Below, piece after piece: positions 46,018 through 56,639 of a stretch of DNA of 64,000 bases. This DNA is from Candidatus Tectimicrobiota bacterium (GTDB taxonomy: Bacteria > UBA8248), in NCBI GenBank assembly GCA_016192135.1, contig JACPUR010000035.1, positions 95,056 to 159,055 of the forward strand. The letters are read 5' to 3'. The notes beneath the pieces were generated by a model. The model searched no databases. It saw only the letters and a list, made by a program, of their open reading frames with translations, and was not told the origin of the DNA. Every line of letters starts with the position of its first letter. Position 1 is the stretch's first letter. The position numbers were made by a program, and so were the translations under genes.

Positions 46018-47397
46018 ATGCCCGACGACCGCCCCTATCCCGCCACGGCCGAGCTCGCCCGCCGCATCGCCCAGGCAAGGGTGGAGGACGTGGACCCCCC
46101 CGCCCGGGCCAAGGCCCGCGAGGCCGTCGTGGACACCCTGGGCGTCGCCCTGGCCGGCTCGCGGGAGGAGTGCGCCCGCCTCGCCCGGGAGCTCGCCGCG
46201 CGCGAGGGGGGCGCCCCCAAGGCCGCGCTGTGGGGCGGGGGAGGCCGCACCAGCCTCACCTGGGCCGCCTTCGCGAACGGCACCGCCGGCCACGCCCTCG
46301 ACTTCGACGACACCGACTTCATCCTGCTCGGCCACCCGAGCGTGGTGCTCGCCCCCGCCCTCATCGCCCTGGCCGGGGAGCGCGGGAGGGACGGCGCCCA
46401 TCTCCTCGCCGCCTACGCCGTGGGCTTCGAGACCCTGCGCGCCCTGGGCCGGGCCCTCAACCCCCGGCACTACCGCCGGGGCTTCCACGCCACCGCCACC
46501 CTCGGGACGGTCGGGGCCGCCGCGGCCTGCGCCCACCTCCTGCGCCTCGGCGAGGAGCGGACGCGCCACGCCCTCTCCCTCGCCGCGAGCCAGGCCGCGG
46601 GCCTCGGGTGCAACTTCGGCACCATGACCAAGCCCTTCCACGCCGGCCAGGCCTCCCGCGCCGGGCTCTTGGCCGCCCTCCTGGCCGAGGCGGGCTTCAC
46701 CTCGGGCCCCGACGCCCTCGAGACCGGCTTCACCGCCGCCCTGGCCGCCGAGGGCATCGGGCCCGGCGTCGAGCGCTTCGCGGACTGGGAGGGCGCGCTG
46801 CGTTCCTGGGGCCCCCCCTGGGACATCGAGGGCGGCGTCAGCGTCAAGCTCCACCCCTGCTGCGCCATGACCCACACCGCCATCGACGCCATGCTCGCCC
46901 TGCGCGAGACCGAGGGCATCCGCCCCGGGGAGGTCGAGAGCCTGGGCGCCAAGTCCTCCGCCATGGCCCAGAAGATCCTGCGCTACTCCACGGCCTCGAA
47001 CGGCCTCGAGGGCAAGTTCTCCATGCAGTTCTGCCTCGCCTCCGCCCTGGCCGACGGCCGGGTCGGCCTCCCCCAGTTCGAGGACCAAGGCGTCCAAAGG
47101 CCCCTCGTCCAGGACCTCCAGCGGCGCGCGAGCTTCGGCCTCGACCCCGCCCTCGACCCCGAGAGCCACCGCGCCGAGGTCTGGGTGCGCCTCAAGGACG
47201 GCCGCGAGGCCCGCCGCGCCGAGACCCTCCCCCGGGGCCACGCCGAGCGCCCCGTCCCCGAGGGCGAGCTCCGCGCCAAATTCCTCGAATGCGCCGCCCT
47301 CGCCCTCCCGCCCCAAAAGGCCCAGGCCGCCTGGGACGCCTGGTGGGAGGTCGAGGGGGCGGGGGACGTGGGGAAGCTCGCGGAGATGCTGGGGTAG
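46018..47397 (+). CDS. MmgE/PrpD family protein (2-methylcitrate dehydratase family)
   Basis: ATG 46018 after GGAGG. PrpD-family N- and C-domains. Confidence 0.8.
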   Translation: MPDDRPYPATAELARRIAQARVEDVDPPARAKAREAVVDTLGVALAGSREECARLARELAAREGGAPKAALWGGGGRTSLTWAAFANGTAGHALDFDDTDFILLGHPSVVLAPALIALAGERGRDGAHLLAAYAVGFETLRALGRALNPRHYRRGFHATATLGTVGAAAACAHLLRLGEERTRHALSLAASQAAGLGCNFGTMTKPFHAGQASRAGLLAALLAEAGFTSGPDALETGFTAALAAEGIGPGVERFADWEGALRSWGPPWDIEGGVSVKLHPCCAMTHTAIDAMLALRETEGIRPGEVESLGAKSSAMAQKILRYSTASNGLEGKFSMQFCLASALADGRVGLPQFEDQGVQRPLVQDLQRRASFGLDPALDPESHRAEVWVRLKDGREARRAETLPRGHAERPVPEGELRAKFLECAALALPPQKAQAAWDAWWEVEGAGDVGKLAEMLG

Positions 47398-47407
47398 GGG
47401 CAGGGGG

Positions 47408-47998
47408 ATGCCATTCAACCCCGACGCCCGCCGCCGCCGGTCGGTGCGGTTGAAGGGATGGGATTACGCCTCGCGCGGGGCGTATTTCATCACGATATGC
47501 GTGCAAGGCCGCGAATGCCGTCTGGGGGAGATCGCGGGCGGGAAGATGCGATTGAGCGAAGCCGGCGCGATGGTCCACCGGACATGGGAGGAATTGCCCC
47601 TCCGGTTTCCGAACGTGGGATTGGATGCGTTCGTGGTGATGCCGAATCACCTTCATGGGATATTGGTTTTGAAAGTCCGTAGGGGCGAATCTCGTATTCG
47701 CCCCCTGGAAGCGGGCGGGTCTTCGCCTTTGCATGAGGGCGAACACAAGGTTCGCCCCTACGGAACGTTGCCGTGGACAATTGGCCGTATCGTGCAGGCG
47801 TTCAAGTCCACGGTGACGCGGCGCTACGCCGCTGACGTGAAAGAACAAGGCTGGCCGCCCTTCTCCGGCAGGTTCTGGCAGCGCAATTTCTACGAGCACA
47901 TCCTCCGGGACGAGGCGGAATGGGACCGCGCGCGGGAATACGTCCTGCACAATCCCCTGGAATGGGCGGAGGACGAGAACCACCCGCAAAATGTGTAG
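47408..47998 (+). mobile_element. REP-associated tyrosine transposase (RAYT, IS200/IS605 Y1 family) carrying an internal REP doublet
   Basis: (YFITICVQGREC), HUH motif (NHLHGIL), catalytic Tyr (WQRNFYEHILRDE). An extra approx 30 aa between HUH and the following helix is encoded by two REP-2 hairpins. Confidence 0.8.
47679..47769. repeat. REP family 2 doublet inside the RAYT ORF
   Basis: GTAGGGGCGAATCTCGTATTCGCCCC ... GGGCGAACACAAGGTTCGCCCCTAC in inverted orientation, in-frame, no stop codon. Confidence 0.55.
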
Positions 47999-48010
47999 AA
48001 TGGTTCGCGG

Positions 48011-48056
48011 GGGGATAGAATCCCCCCGCCGGGGGATGCTCCCCGTTTTTTCTTCG
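48011..48056 (+). terminator. hairpin(s) plus T-tract downstream of RAYT (possible terminator)
   Basis: CGGGGGGAT-AGA-ATCCCCCCG, then GGGGA-TGC-TCCCC followed by GTTTTTTCTTC. Confidence 0.35.
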
Positions 48057-48064
48057 AGGTCCGG

Positions 48065-49144
48065 ATGCGCGAGCGGGTGGTGGTGGCGATGAGCGGGGGG
48101 GTGGACAGCTCGGTGGCGGCCGCCCTGCTGGTGGAGCGGGGCTACGAGGTGGTGGGGGTGGGGCTGCGCCTGGCGGACCGGCTGCCGGGGGAGGCGGAGT
48201 CCTTCCACCGGGGCTGCTGCGCCCCGCGCGACCTGGCCGACGCGCGGGCGGTGGCGGCGCGGCTGGGCTTCCCCTTCTACGCGATGGACGCGCGGGAGGC
48301 CTTCCGGGGGGCGGTGGTGGAGGGCTTCGCGGAGGCCTACCTCCGGGGCCGCACCCCGAACCCCTGCGTGGACTGCAACCAGGAGGTGAAGTTCCACCAC
48401 CTGGCGGAGCGGGCGCGGGCGCTGGGGGCGGGGCGGCTGGCGACGGGCCACTACGCCCGGCGGGTCACGGCCGGGGGGCGGCTCACCCTGGCCCGGAGCG
48501 CGGACCGGGCGAAGGACCAGACGTATTTCCTCTTCGGGCTGACCCAGGCCCAGCTCGCCCTCGCGATGTTCCCGCTGGGGGATATGGAGAAGCGCCAGGT
48601 GCGGGAGGCGGCGCGGCGGCTGGGCCTCCCGAACGCGGAGAAGCCCGAGAGCCAGGAGATCTGCTTCGTGCCGGAGGGGGACTACCGGCGCTTCCTGGAC
48701 CGGGAGCGGCCGGGCTGGCGCCGGGCGGGGCGCATCGTGGACGGCGACGGGAACGTGCTCGGCGCGCACGAGGGCGTCGCCGAGTTCACGGTGGGCCAGC
48801 GGCGGGGGCTCGGGCTCGGGGGCGGGGAGCCGCGCTTCGTGGTGCGGCTCGATTCGGACACGGCGACGGTGGTGGCCGGGCGGCGGGAGGAGCTCCACCG
48901 GGAGCGCTTCCTCGTGGAGAGGGTGCGGTGGTCGCTGCCCATCGGGCGGGAGGGGCGGCGGCTCCTCGTCCAGGTGCGCCACCGGCAGCGGCCCGTCCCC
49001 TGCCTCGTGCGGCCCCGGCCGGGGCGGGCGGCCGAGGTCGTGCCCGAGGACCCTCCGGCCCTGGGCGCGGTGGCCCCGGGCCAGGCGGCCGTCTTCTACG
49101 AGGGGGAGGTGCTCCAGGGCGGGGGATGGGTGGCGGGGGAGTGA
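48065..49144 (+). CDS. mnmA: tRNA-specific 2-thiouridylase MnmA
   Basis: (VVVAMSGGVDSSVAA) PP-loop. Catalytic Cys motifs (PNPCVDCN). C-terminal domain. Confidence 0.85.
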   Translation: MRERVVVAMSGGVDSSVAAALLVERGYEVVGVGLRLADRLPGEAESFHRGCCAPRDLADARAVAARLGFPFYAMDAREAFRGAVVEGFAEAYLRGRTPNPCVDCNQEVKFHHLAERARALGAGRLATGHYARRVTAGGRLTLARSADRAKDQTYFLFGLTQAQLALAMFPLGDMEKRQVREAARRLGLPNAEKPESQEICFVPEGDYRRFLDRERPGWRRAGRIVDGDGNVLGAHEGVAEFTVGQRRGLGLGGGEPRFVVRLDSDTATVVAGRREELHRERFLVERVRWSLPIGREGRRLLVQVRHRQRPVPCLVRPRPGRAAEVVPEDPPALGAVAPGQAAVFYEGEVLQGGGWVAGE

Positions 49145-49170
49145 GGAATCCTCGCCTGCCAGGATTTAGG

Positions 49171-49258
49171 TTCCCTCCCCCTCCGGGGGAGGGTAGGGTG
49201 AGGGGAAAATCCACGGAGGTGCTTCCCTCACCCCAGCCCTCTCCCATAGGGAGAGGGA
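49171..49258. repeat. REP/MITE family 1 unit
   Basis: CCCTCCCCCTCCGGGGGAGGGTAGGGTGAGGGG ... CCCTCACCCCAGCCCTCTCCCATAGGGAGAGGGAG. Confidence 0.5.
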
Positions 49259-49358
49259 GAAAAGCGGGGCCGCGCGTATTGCCATATGCCCCCGCGGGCG
49301 GCGGGGCCGGGCGGGGGACCGAGGGTCCTCCCGCCGGCCGAGAGGGGAGAAAAACTTC

Positions 49359-50162
49359 ATGCCCATAGCGCGGGTCCCAGGCGGGCCGGACATCCACTAC
49401 GAGGTGCGCGGCGAGGGCCCGCCCCTTCTCCTCGTGAGCGGGACGGGCCACGATCACACCTTCTGGTCGGGCCAGTTTCCCCTCTTCGAGCCCGGGTTCC
49501 GCGTCATCGTCTTCGACAACCGGGGGGTGGGGAGGAGCGGCGTGCCCCCGCCGGGCTACGCCCTGGCCGACATGGCCGACGACGCGGCCCGCGTGCTGGA
49601 CGCCGCGGGCGCCGGGCGCGCCCACGTCATGGGCTTCTCCATGGGAGGCCACATCTCCCAGGAGCTCTGCCTCCGCCATCCCGGCCGGGTGCGCAGCCTG
49701 GGGCTGCACCACACCTGGAGCCGGAACTGCGCCCGCCTGCGGTCCTTCCAGGCGGCCCGCAAGCGCCTCGCCGGGCGGGGGGAGCGGGAGGCGCTCGTCG
49801 AGATGAGCCTCCTCGGGCTCTATTCGCACGAGTACTGGGACGCCCACCCCGCCGAGATGGAGAAGAAGAGGAAGTGGCTGATCGAGGCGTCGCCGGCGGA
49901 CGCGGGCTGGATCGGCCAGCTCGAGGCCTGCCTCGCGGGCGACACCCTGGAGCGGCTGGGCGGGATCCGGGTGCCCACCCTGATCACCGCCTCGACGCAC
50001 GACTTGATCGTGGGGACCCACGAGGCGGAGGAGATCCACCGGCGCATCCCGGGCTCCCGGCTCGTCATCATGGAGGGGACGGGGCACGTCGCCCTCCTCG
50101 AGCGGCCGGAGGCTTTCGGGCGCATCTGCCTCGGCTTCCTCCGCGAGGTGGGGGATGCGTGA
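49359..50162 (+). CDS. alpha/beta hydrolase fold protein
   Basis: (GFSMGG) nucleophile elbow. Asp and His downstream. Confidence 0.75.
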   Translation: MPIARVPGGPDIHYEVRGEGPPLLLVSGTGHDHTFWSGQFPLFEPGFRVIVFDNRGVGRSGVPPPGYALADMADDAARVLDAAGAGRAHVMGFSMGGHISQELCLRHPGRVRSLGLHHTWSRNCARLRSFQAARKRLAGRGEREALVEMSLLGLYSHEYWDAHPAEMEKKRKWLIEASPADAGWIGQLEACLAGDTLERLGGIRVPTLITASTHDLIVGTHEAEEIHRRIPGSRLVIMEGTGHVALLERPEAFGRICLGFLREVGDA

Positions 50163-50179
50163 GCGGGTTTCGGGGCCGC

Positions 50180-50524
50180 CTACCCGGGGGGCCAGGCCAT
50201 GGGGCGGCCGCCGAGCAGGTGGAAGTGGATGTGGAAGACGCTCTGGCCGGCGTCCTTGTTGCAGTTGGCCACGAGGCGGAAGCCGCTCTGGGCGATGCCC
50301 TGCTTGCGGGCGATCTTGCTCGAGGCGGTGACGATGGAGCCCAGGAGCTCGTTGTGGGCGTCGCCGATTTCGAGCAGGGTTTCGAGGTGCTGCTTGGGGA
50401 TGATGACGACGTGGACGGGGGCCTGGGGGTTGATGTCCTCAAAGGCGAAGAGGCGCTTGTCCTCGTAGACCTTCTTGGAGGGGACCTGGCCCGCGGCGAT
50501 CTTGCAGAAGATGCAGTCCTGCAT
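50180..50524 (-). CDS. HIT (histidine triad) family protein
   Basis: ATG 50524. (QSVFHIHFHLLGG) HIT motif. The 610-aa ORF-track extension is rejected. Confidence 0.8.
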   Translation of the reverse strand: MQDCIFCKIAAGQVPSKKVYEDKRLFAFEDINPQAPVHVVIIPKQHLETLLEIGDAHNELLGSIVTASSKIARKQGIAQSGFRLVANCNKDAGQSVFHIHFHLLGGRPMAWPPG

Positions 50525-50752
50525 GCTTGCCTCTGGCTGGGGGGAGTCCACCGGGAGACGGAGGTATCTTAGGCCTCCGGGGCCGGGATGACAAGGAAGC
50601 CGCCCCTCGGGCCCCGGGCGCTTTCGGGCGCCGGTTGCGCGGGGCATGAGGATGTGACAATCCTGCATGCATCGAATCCCTATTCCGATAGGCCGAGCTT
50701 TCGTTTCGCCGTGCGGGAGCCGCCTTAGGCGAAGCCGGGAAGGAGGGGGGAC

Positions 50753-52144
50753 ATGAACCTCAGCCGCGCGCTCGTCGAGCATGTGCACGCCATCCGCTAC
50801 GAAACCCTGCCGGAGGAGGCCCGGGACCGGGCCAAGTACTTCCTCCTGGACTTCCTGGGGGTCGCGCTGCGGGGCGGGGAGGCGGCGAGCTCGCGCGTGC
50901 TGCGCTCCTTCATCCGCAAGCGGACGCCCCAGGACGGCCCCTGCACCGTGATCGGCTCCCCCCTCCGGACGGACGCCCCTTACGCCGCCCTCGCCAACGG
51001 GGGCATCGCCCACGCCCTCGAGATGGACGACGTGACCACGCGGTCGAGCCTCCACCCGGCGGTGAGCGTGATGCCCAGCACTCTCGCGGTGGCCGAGGCC
51101 CATCGGCCCGACCCCAAGAGGGTCATCGCCGCCATCGTGGCGGGCTACGAGGTGACGAACCGGGTGGGGAACGCCGTCAACCCCACGAGCCACTACAAGC
51201 GCGGCTTCCACCCGACGGGGACGTGCGGCGCCTTCGCCGCCTCCGTCACGGCCTCGAAGATGCTCGGGCTCTCGCCCGAGGCCGCCGCCAGCGCCTTCGG
51301 CATCGCCGGCAGCCAGGCGGCCGGCTCGATGCAGTACCTCGACAACGGCGCCTGGACCAAGCGCTTCCACCCCGGCTGGGCGGCCCACAGCGGCATCATC
51401 GCCGCCTACCTGGCCCAGGAGGGCTTCACGGGCCCGGAAGACATCCTCGGCGGGCCCTCGGGCTTCCTCCACGGCTACAGCGACGACGCCCATCCGGAAT
51501 ACGTCCTGGAGCACCTGGGCGAGTACTGGGAGATCTGCCTCTCGGCCATCAAGCCCCACGCCTGCTGCCGCTACAACCACGCCCCCGTGGACGCCGTGAT
51601 CGGGCTCTGCAAGGCGCACGACATCCGGCCCGAGGAGGTGAGGGGAGTGGAGGTGCGGGTGCCCGAGACGTGCGTGATGCTCGTGGTCGAGCCCGAGGCG
51701 CTCAAGACGGCCCCCCAGAACGTGGTGGACGCGCAGTTCAGCCTGCAATACGCGGTGGCGGTGGCCCTCCTCAGGCGGCGGGCGGGGCTGGAGGAGTACC
51801 AGGACGATTTCCTGCGCTCCCAGGTCCACCGCTCGGTCATCGGCAAGATCCGCTGCCTCGGGGACGCGGAGCTGGAGAAGGCGTTCCCCGGCAAGTGGCA
51901 GGCCCGGGTGCGCATCGACACCGCGCGGGGCCCCTTCGAGGCTCATGTGGAGCACCCGAAGGGGGACCCGCGGAATCCGCTCTCGTGGGAGGAACTCATC
52001 GAGCGCTTCCACGACATGGCGGGGCCGGTGCTCGACGCGGCGGCGCGCCGCCTGCTGGTCGAGCGCGTCCGGGGGCTGGAGCGCCTGGCGAGCATCACCG
52101 AGGTGACGGAGCTCGCCGCCTCGGCCGAGGGGACGAGGGTCTGA
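50753..52144 (+). CDS. MmgE/PrpD family protein (second paralog)
   Basis: AAGGAGGGG SD. PrpD-family domains. Confidence 0.8.
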   Translation: MNLSRALVEHVHAIRYETLPEEARDRAKYFLLDFLGVALRGGEAASSRVLRSFIRKRTPQDGPCTVIGSPLRTDAPYAALANGGIAHALEMDDVTTRSSLHPAVSVMPSTLAVAEAHRPDPKRVIAAIVAGYEVTNRVGNAVNPTSHYKRGFHPTGTCGAFAASVTASKMLGLSPEAAASAFGIAGSQAAGSMQYLDNGAWTKRFHPGWAAHSGIIAAYLAQEGFTGPEDILGGPSGFLHGYSDDAHPEYVLEHLGEYWEICLSAIKPHACCRYNHAPVDAVIGLCKAHDIRPEEVRGVEVRVPETCVMLVVEPEALKTAPQNVVDAQFSLQYAVAVALLRRRAGLEEYQDDFLRSQVHRSVIGKIRCLGDAELEKAFPGKWQARVRIDTARGPFEAHVEHPKGDPRNPLSWEELIERFHDMAGPVLDAAARRLLVERVRGLERLASITEVTELAASAEGTRV

Positions 52145-52147
52145 GGC

Positions 52148-52834
52148 CTAGCGCGCCGCGCCGGCCTGCTCGAGGAGGGCGATGCCCAGGGCGAGGCGGC
52201 CGGCCAGGCGCTCGATGAGCTGGGTGCCCATCCCGGCCCGGTAGCGGGCGGGGTCGCCCGAGCCGATGAGGAGCGCCCCGAGGAGCCTCCCTTCCGTCCG
52301 GAGCGGGACGACGGCCGAGGATCGGATTTTGGCGCGGGCCTCCCCGGGGAAGAGGGGGCCCCCTTCGGCCAGCTCCCCCTGGAGGACGATCGCCCCGTCC
52401 GGCGGGAGGTGGGGGCTCTCCTCCTCTCCCAGGGCCCGGAGGCGCGGCGGCTCCTCGCCGCCCGGGAGGTCGGGCGCGCACAGGAGGAAGCCCGCGTAGT
52501 CGAGCCCGAAGCGCCGCTCCATGTCGAGGGCGATGCGGGTGAGGTTGGCGGCCGAGAGGGGCATCTCGAACAGGAGCCGGTCGAGGGCGGCGAAGTCTTC
52601 CTCGATCTGCTCGTTGCGGCGGACGATCTCGATGATCTCGTCCAGCAGGCGGATGAGGTCCTCGCGCTCCCCCTTGAGCCGGTCGAAGAGGCGCTGCCGG
52701 AGGTTGAGCACCCTGGCGGAGGCGGAGTTCTCGCCCAGGAGCCCGCTCGCGCGCAGCAGCTCGGGATGCTCGATGAAGAAGCGGGGGTTCTCTTCCAGAA
52801 ACCGGATGACGTCCTCCGCCGCGGCCGGCGACAT
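52148..52834 (-). CDS. DUF484-family (GAF-like) protein
   Basis: ATG 52834. (FLEENPRFFIEHPELL) N-terminus typical of DUF484. Convergent with the prpD paralog. Confidence 0.5.
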   Translation of the reverse strand: MSPAAAEDVIRFLEENPRFFIEHPELLRASGLLGENSASARVLNLRQRLFDRLKGEREDLIRLLDEIIEIVRRNEQIEEDFAALDRLLFEMPLSAANLTRIALDMERRFGLDYAGFLLCAPDLPGGEEPPRLRALGEEESPHLPPDGAIVLQGELAEGGPLFPGEARAKIRSSAVVPLRTEGRLLGALLIGSGDPARYRAGMGTQLIERLAGRLALGIALLEQAGAAR

Positions 52835-53025
52835 CGCCTCTCTCCTCGGGGCCTGTTTCGCTGGGGGCGGATTCCGGGCGTGCGGGCGGCAGTCTACCAC
52901 CTCCCATGCCGTTGACAAAAGGCCTCTCTGGGTTAAAAACATGGCGTCCACGTCCGCGCTGGCCGGGGCGCTCCCGCTCCCCGGGCGTCTGGCTCTCGCT
53001 CCCTGAGCGCCTGGAAAGGAGAGGC

Positions 53026-53943
53026 ATGGAAACCTTCGCCCCGGGCCGCACCACCGTCGGCTTCGTCGGGATCGGCAAGATGGGCGTCCCCATGTCCCGG
53101 AACCTCCGGCGGGGGGACTTCGCCGTGGTGGCCTACGACACCCGCCCCGAGGCCCTGGAGACGGTCCGGGGGGACGGCGTCCAGCCCGCGCGGGACCTGG
53201 CCGAGCTGGCCGCCCGGGCGGGGGTGGTCATCACCATGCTCCCGGACAGCGCCATCGTGGAGAAGGTGGTGCTGGGCCCCGGGGGGCTGGCGGAGCACCT
53301 GGCGCCGGGCAAGCTCATCATCGACATGAGCTCCTCCTACCCGCCCCGCACCCGGGCGCTCGCCGAGGCCCTCGCCCAAAAGGGCATCCAGCTCATCGGG
53401 GCGCCGGTGAGCGGCGGGGTGACGGGCGCCGAGGCGGCCACGCTCGCCATCATGCCCGGCGGGCCCAAGGCGGCGGTCGAGGCGGCCATGCCCATCTTCA
53501 AGGCGCTGGGCAAGTCCATCACTCACGTCAGCGAGGCGGTGGAGTCCGGCCACGCGATGAAGTGCGTGAACAACTTCCTCTCCGCCACCAACATGCTCTC
53601 CTCGATGGAGGCCATGACCCTCGCCCAAAAGCTGGGGCTGGACGCGCGGACGGCGCTCGACGTCGTGAACAACAGCACCGGCATGAACACGGGCACCCGC
53701 GACAAGTGGCCCAGGTTCCTCCTCAAGCGGTCCTTCACCACCGGGTTCAGCATGGGCCTCATGCACAAGGACCTCTCCATGGCCAGCGATCTGGCCAAGG
53801 AGGCGGGGACCGTGCTCTTCCTGCTGAACCACGTGCGGCAGATGTACGCGCTGGGCGTCTCCCAGTACGGCTTCGACGCCGATCAGGCGCACCTGCTGGA
53901 GATCATCGAGTCCTGGGCCGGGCGCGGCCCGGGAAAGGAGTAG
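53026..53943 (+). CDS. NAD(P)-dependent 3-hydroxyisobutyrate dehydrogenase-family oxidoreductase
   Basis: AAAGGAGAGG SD. (VGFVGIGKMG) Rossmann. Catalytic Lys region (GHAMKCVNNFL). Confidence 0.8.
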   Translation: METFAPGRTTVGFVGIGKMGVPMSRNLRRGDFAVVAYDTRPEALETVRGDGVQPARDLAELAARAGVVITMLPDSAIVEKVVLGPGGLAEHLAPGKLIIDMSSSYPPRTRALAEALAQKGIQLIGAPVSGGVTGAEAATLAIMPGGPKAAVEAAMPIFKALGKSITHVSEAVESGHAMKCVNNFLSATNMLSSMEAMTLAQKLGLDARTALDVVNNSTGMNTGTRDKWPRFLLKRSFTTGFSMGLMHKDLSMASDLAKEAGTVLFLLNHVRQMYALGVSQYGFDADQAHLLEIIESWAGRGPGKE

Positions 53944-53971
53944 CGGCCGTCATGGAAGGAGATGGAAGCTG

Positions 53972-54352
53972 ATGGAGCGGAGATTCCGCGGCGGGCGCCG
54001 CCTCAGGGCCACCGCCCTGGCCCTCGCGCTGGCCCTCCTGCCGGGGGCGCTCGCCGGCTGCGCCTGGTGGGACAAGAACGTGGGCAAGAGGGTCGACAAC
54101 TTCATGACCCGGCGCCTCCTCATCGTCACCGACCCGCCGGACGCCGACGTGTACGTGAACAACGTCCCGCAGGGGAAGACCCCCCTGACCCTGACCTACC
54201 GGGTCAGCGTCGGCGACTTCATGAAGGGCTTCGTGGTCGTGGTGCAGAAGGAGGGCTACCTCCCCCTCCGCCGGGAGGTGGACTACAAGACCGAGTCCAT
54301 CCAGCTCAAGCTCATCCGCCAGCAGCCCCAGCGGGGGCCCGCCGGCAATTGA
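53972..54352 (+). CDS. PEGA-domain lipoprotein
   Basis: AGGAG SD. Lipobox (LAGC). (LLIVTDPPDADVYVNNVPQGKTPL) PEGA-like. Confidence 0.5.
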   Translation: MERRFRGGRRLRATALALALALLPGALAGCAWWDKNVGKRVDNFMTRRLLIVTDPPDADVYVNNVPQGKTPLTLTYRVSVGDFMKGFVVVVQKEGYLPLRREVDYKTESIQLKLIRQQPQRGPAGN

Positions 54353-54395
54353 GCAGTGGGTCAATTTGGCCTTTTCCCCGTTTCGCGCGGCCACG

Positions 54396-54552
54396 TTTCC
54401 CTCACCCCCATCCCCTCTCCGCCCTCTCGAACCGGCAGGCCGGTTCGGGGACCCGAAAAGACGGGGAGAGGGGCGCCGATGCCGCAAAAGCCGATGCCCC
54501 GGATGAAGGGGCCGCTTCTCCCTCTCCCTCCGGGAGAGGGCCGGGGTGAGGG
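54396..54552. repeat. REP/MITE family 1 composite
   Basis: CCCTCACCCCCATCCCCTCTCC ... CGAACCGGCAGGCCGGTTCG ... CCCTCTCCCTCCGGGAGAGGGCCGGGGTGAGGGAG. Confidence 0.5.
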
Positions 54553-54708
54553 AGAGCCGGGGGCGGGGGCGCAATCGAAGGCATCGTTGTCTGTCTTGTA
54601 AGCTGACCGGCAATTGACAATTTTCCAATGGGTTGGTAGAAGACTCCCCTTTCCCGGGGACCCAGGACGGCCCGGGGCCAACGGCGCAACGGGCGGGAGA
54701 GCCTTGTT

Positions 54709-55023
54709 ATGTATGCGGTTGTAGAGACCGGCGGCAAGCAGGTGCGGGTCCAGGCGGGCGACCTCCTCACGGTCGAGCGCCTGGTCGGCGAGGTGGGTGA
54801 GACGGTGGACCTGGACCGGGTCCACCTCATCGTGGACGGCGGCCGCATCGTGGCCGACCCCGGCTCCCTCAAGACGGCGAAGGTCCGGGCCGTCATCAAG
54901 GGCCACGGGCGGGACCGCAAGGTGATCGCCTTCCGGTACAAGAAGCGCAAGAACATCCGCGTGAAGCGCGGCCACCGGCAGCCCTTCACCCAGATCCAGG
55001 TGACGGAGATACTCGGTTCCTAG
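54709..55023 (+). CDS. rplU: 50S ribosomal protein L21
   Basis: (MYAVVETGGKQ) N-terminus. L21 family. Confidence 0.9.
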   Translation: MYAVVETGGKQVRVQAGDLLTVERLVGEVGETVDLDRVHLIVDGGRIVADPGSLKTAKVRAVIKGHGRDRKVIAFRYKKRKNIRVKRGHRQPFTQIQVTEILGS

Positions 55024-55039
55024 GGGGCGGGAGTGATCC

Positions 55040-56376
<1,337 letters not shown>

Positions 56377-56455
56377 TGGTGGGCCGGCTTGCCCTTCACC
56401 CCGCGCCTCCTCTGCCGGCCCTTGTGCGTCAAGGAACCGTATGCCTAGCTGTTTT

Positions 56456-56552
56456 TCCCTCCCCCTCCGAGGGAGGGTAGGGAGGGGGGAAAAGGCTCGC
56501 GGCGGCTTTCATTCTCCCTCCCCCCTGCCCCCCTCTCGGAGGGAGGGGGGAA
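56456..56552. repeat. REP/MITE family 1 unit
   Basis: CCCTCCCCCTCCGAGGGAGGGTAGGGAGGGGGG ... CTCCCTCCCCCCTGCCCCCCTCTCGGAGGGAGGGGGG. Confidence 0.5.
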
Positions 56553-56639
56553 AACGCGGTTGCTCTCCTGGAGGGAACGCCGCGCTCGGAACGACGGCGG
56601 AATTGCCGGGTTGATCCGTTATCGGAGGGCTGAGCCGCT

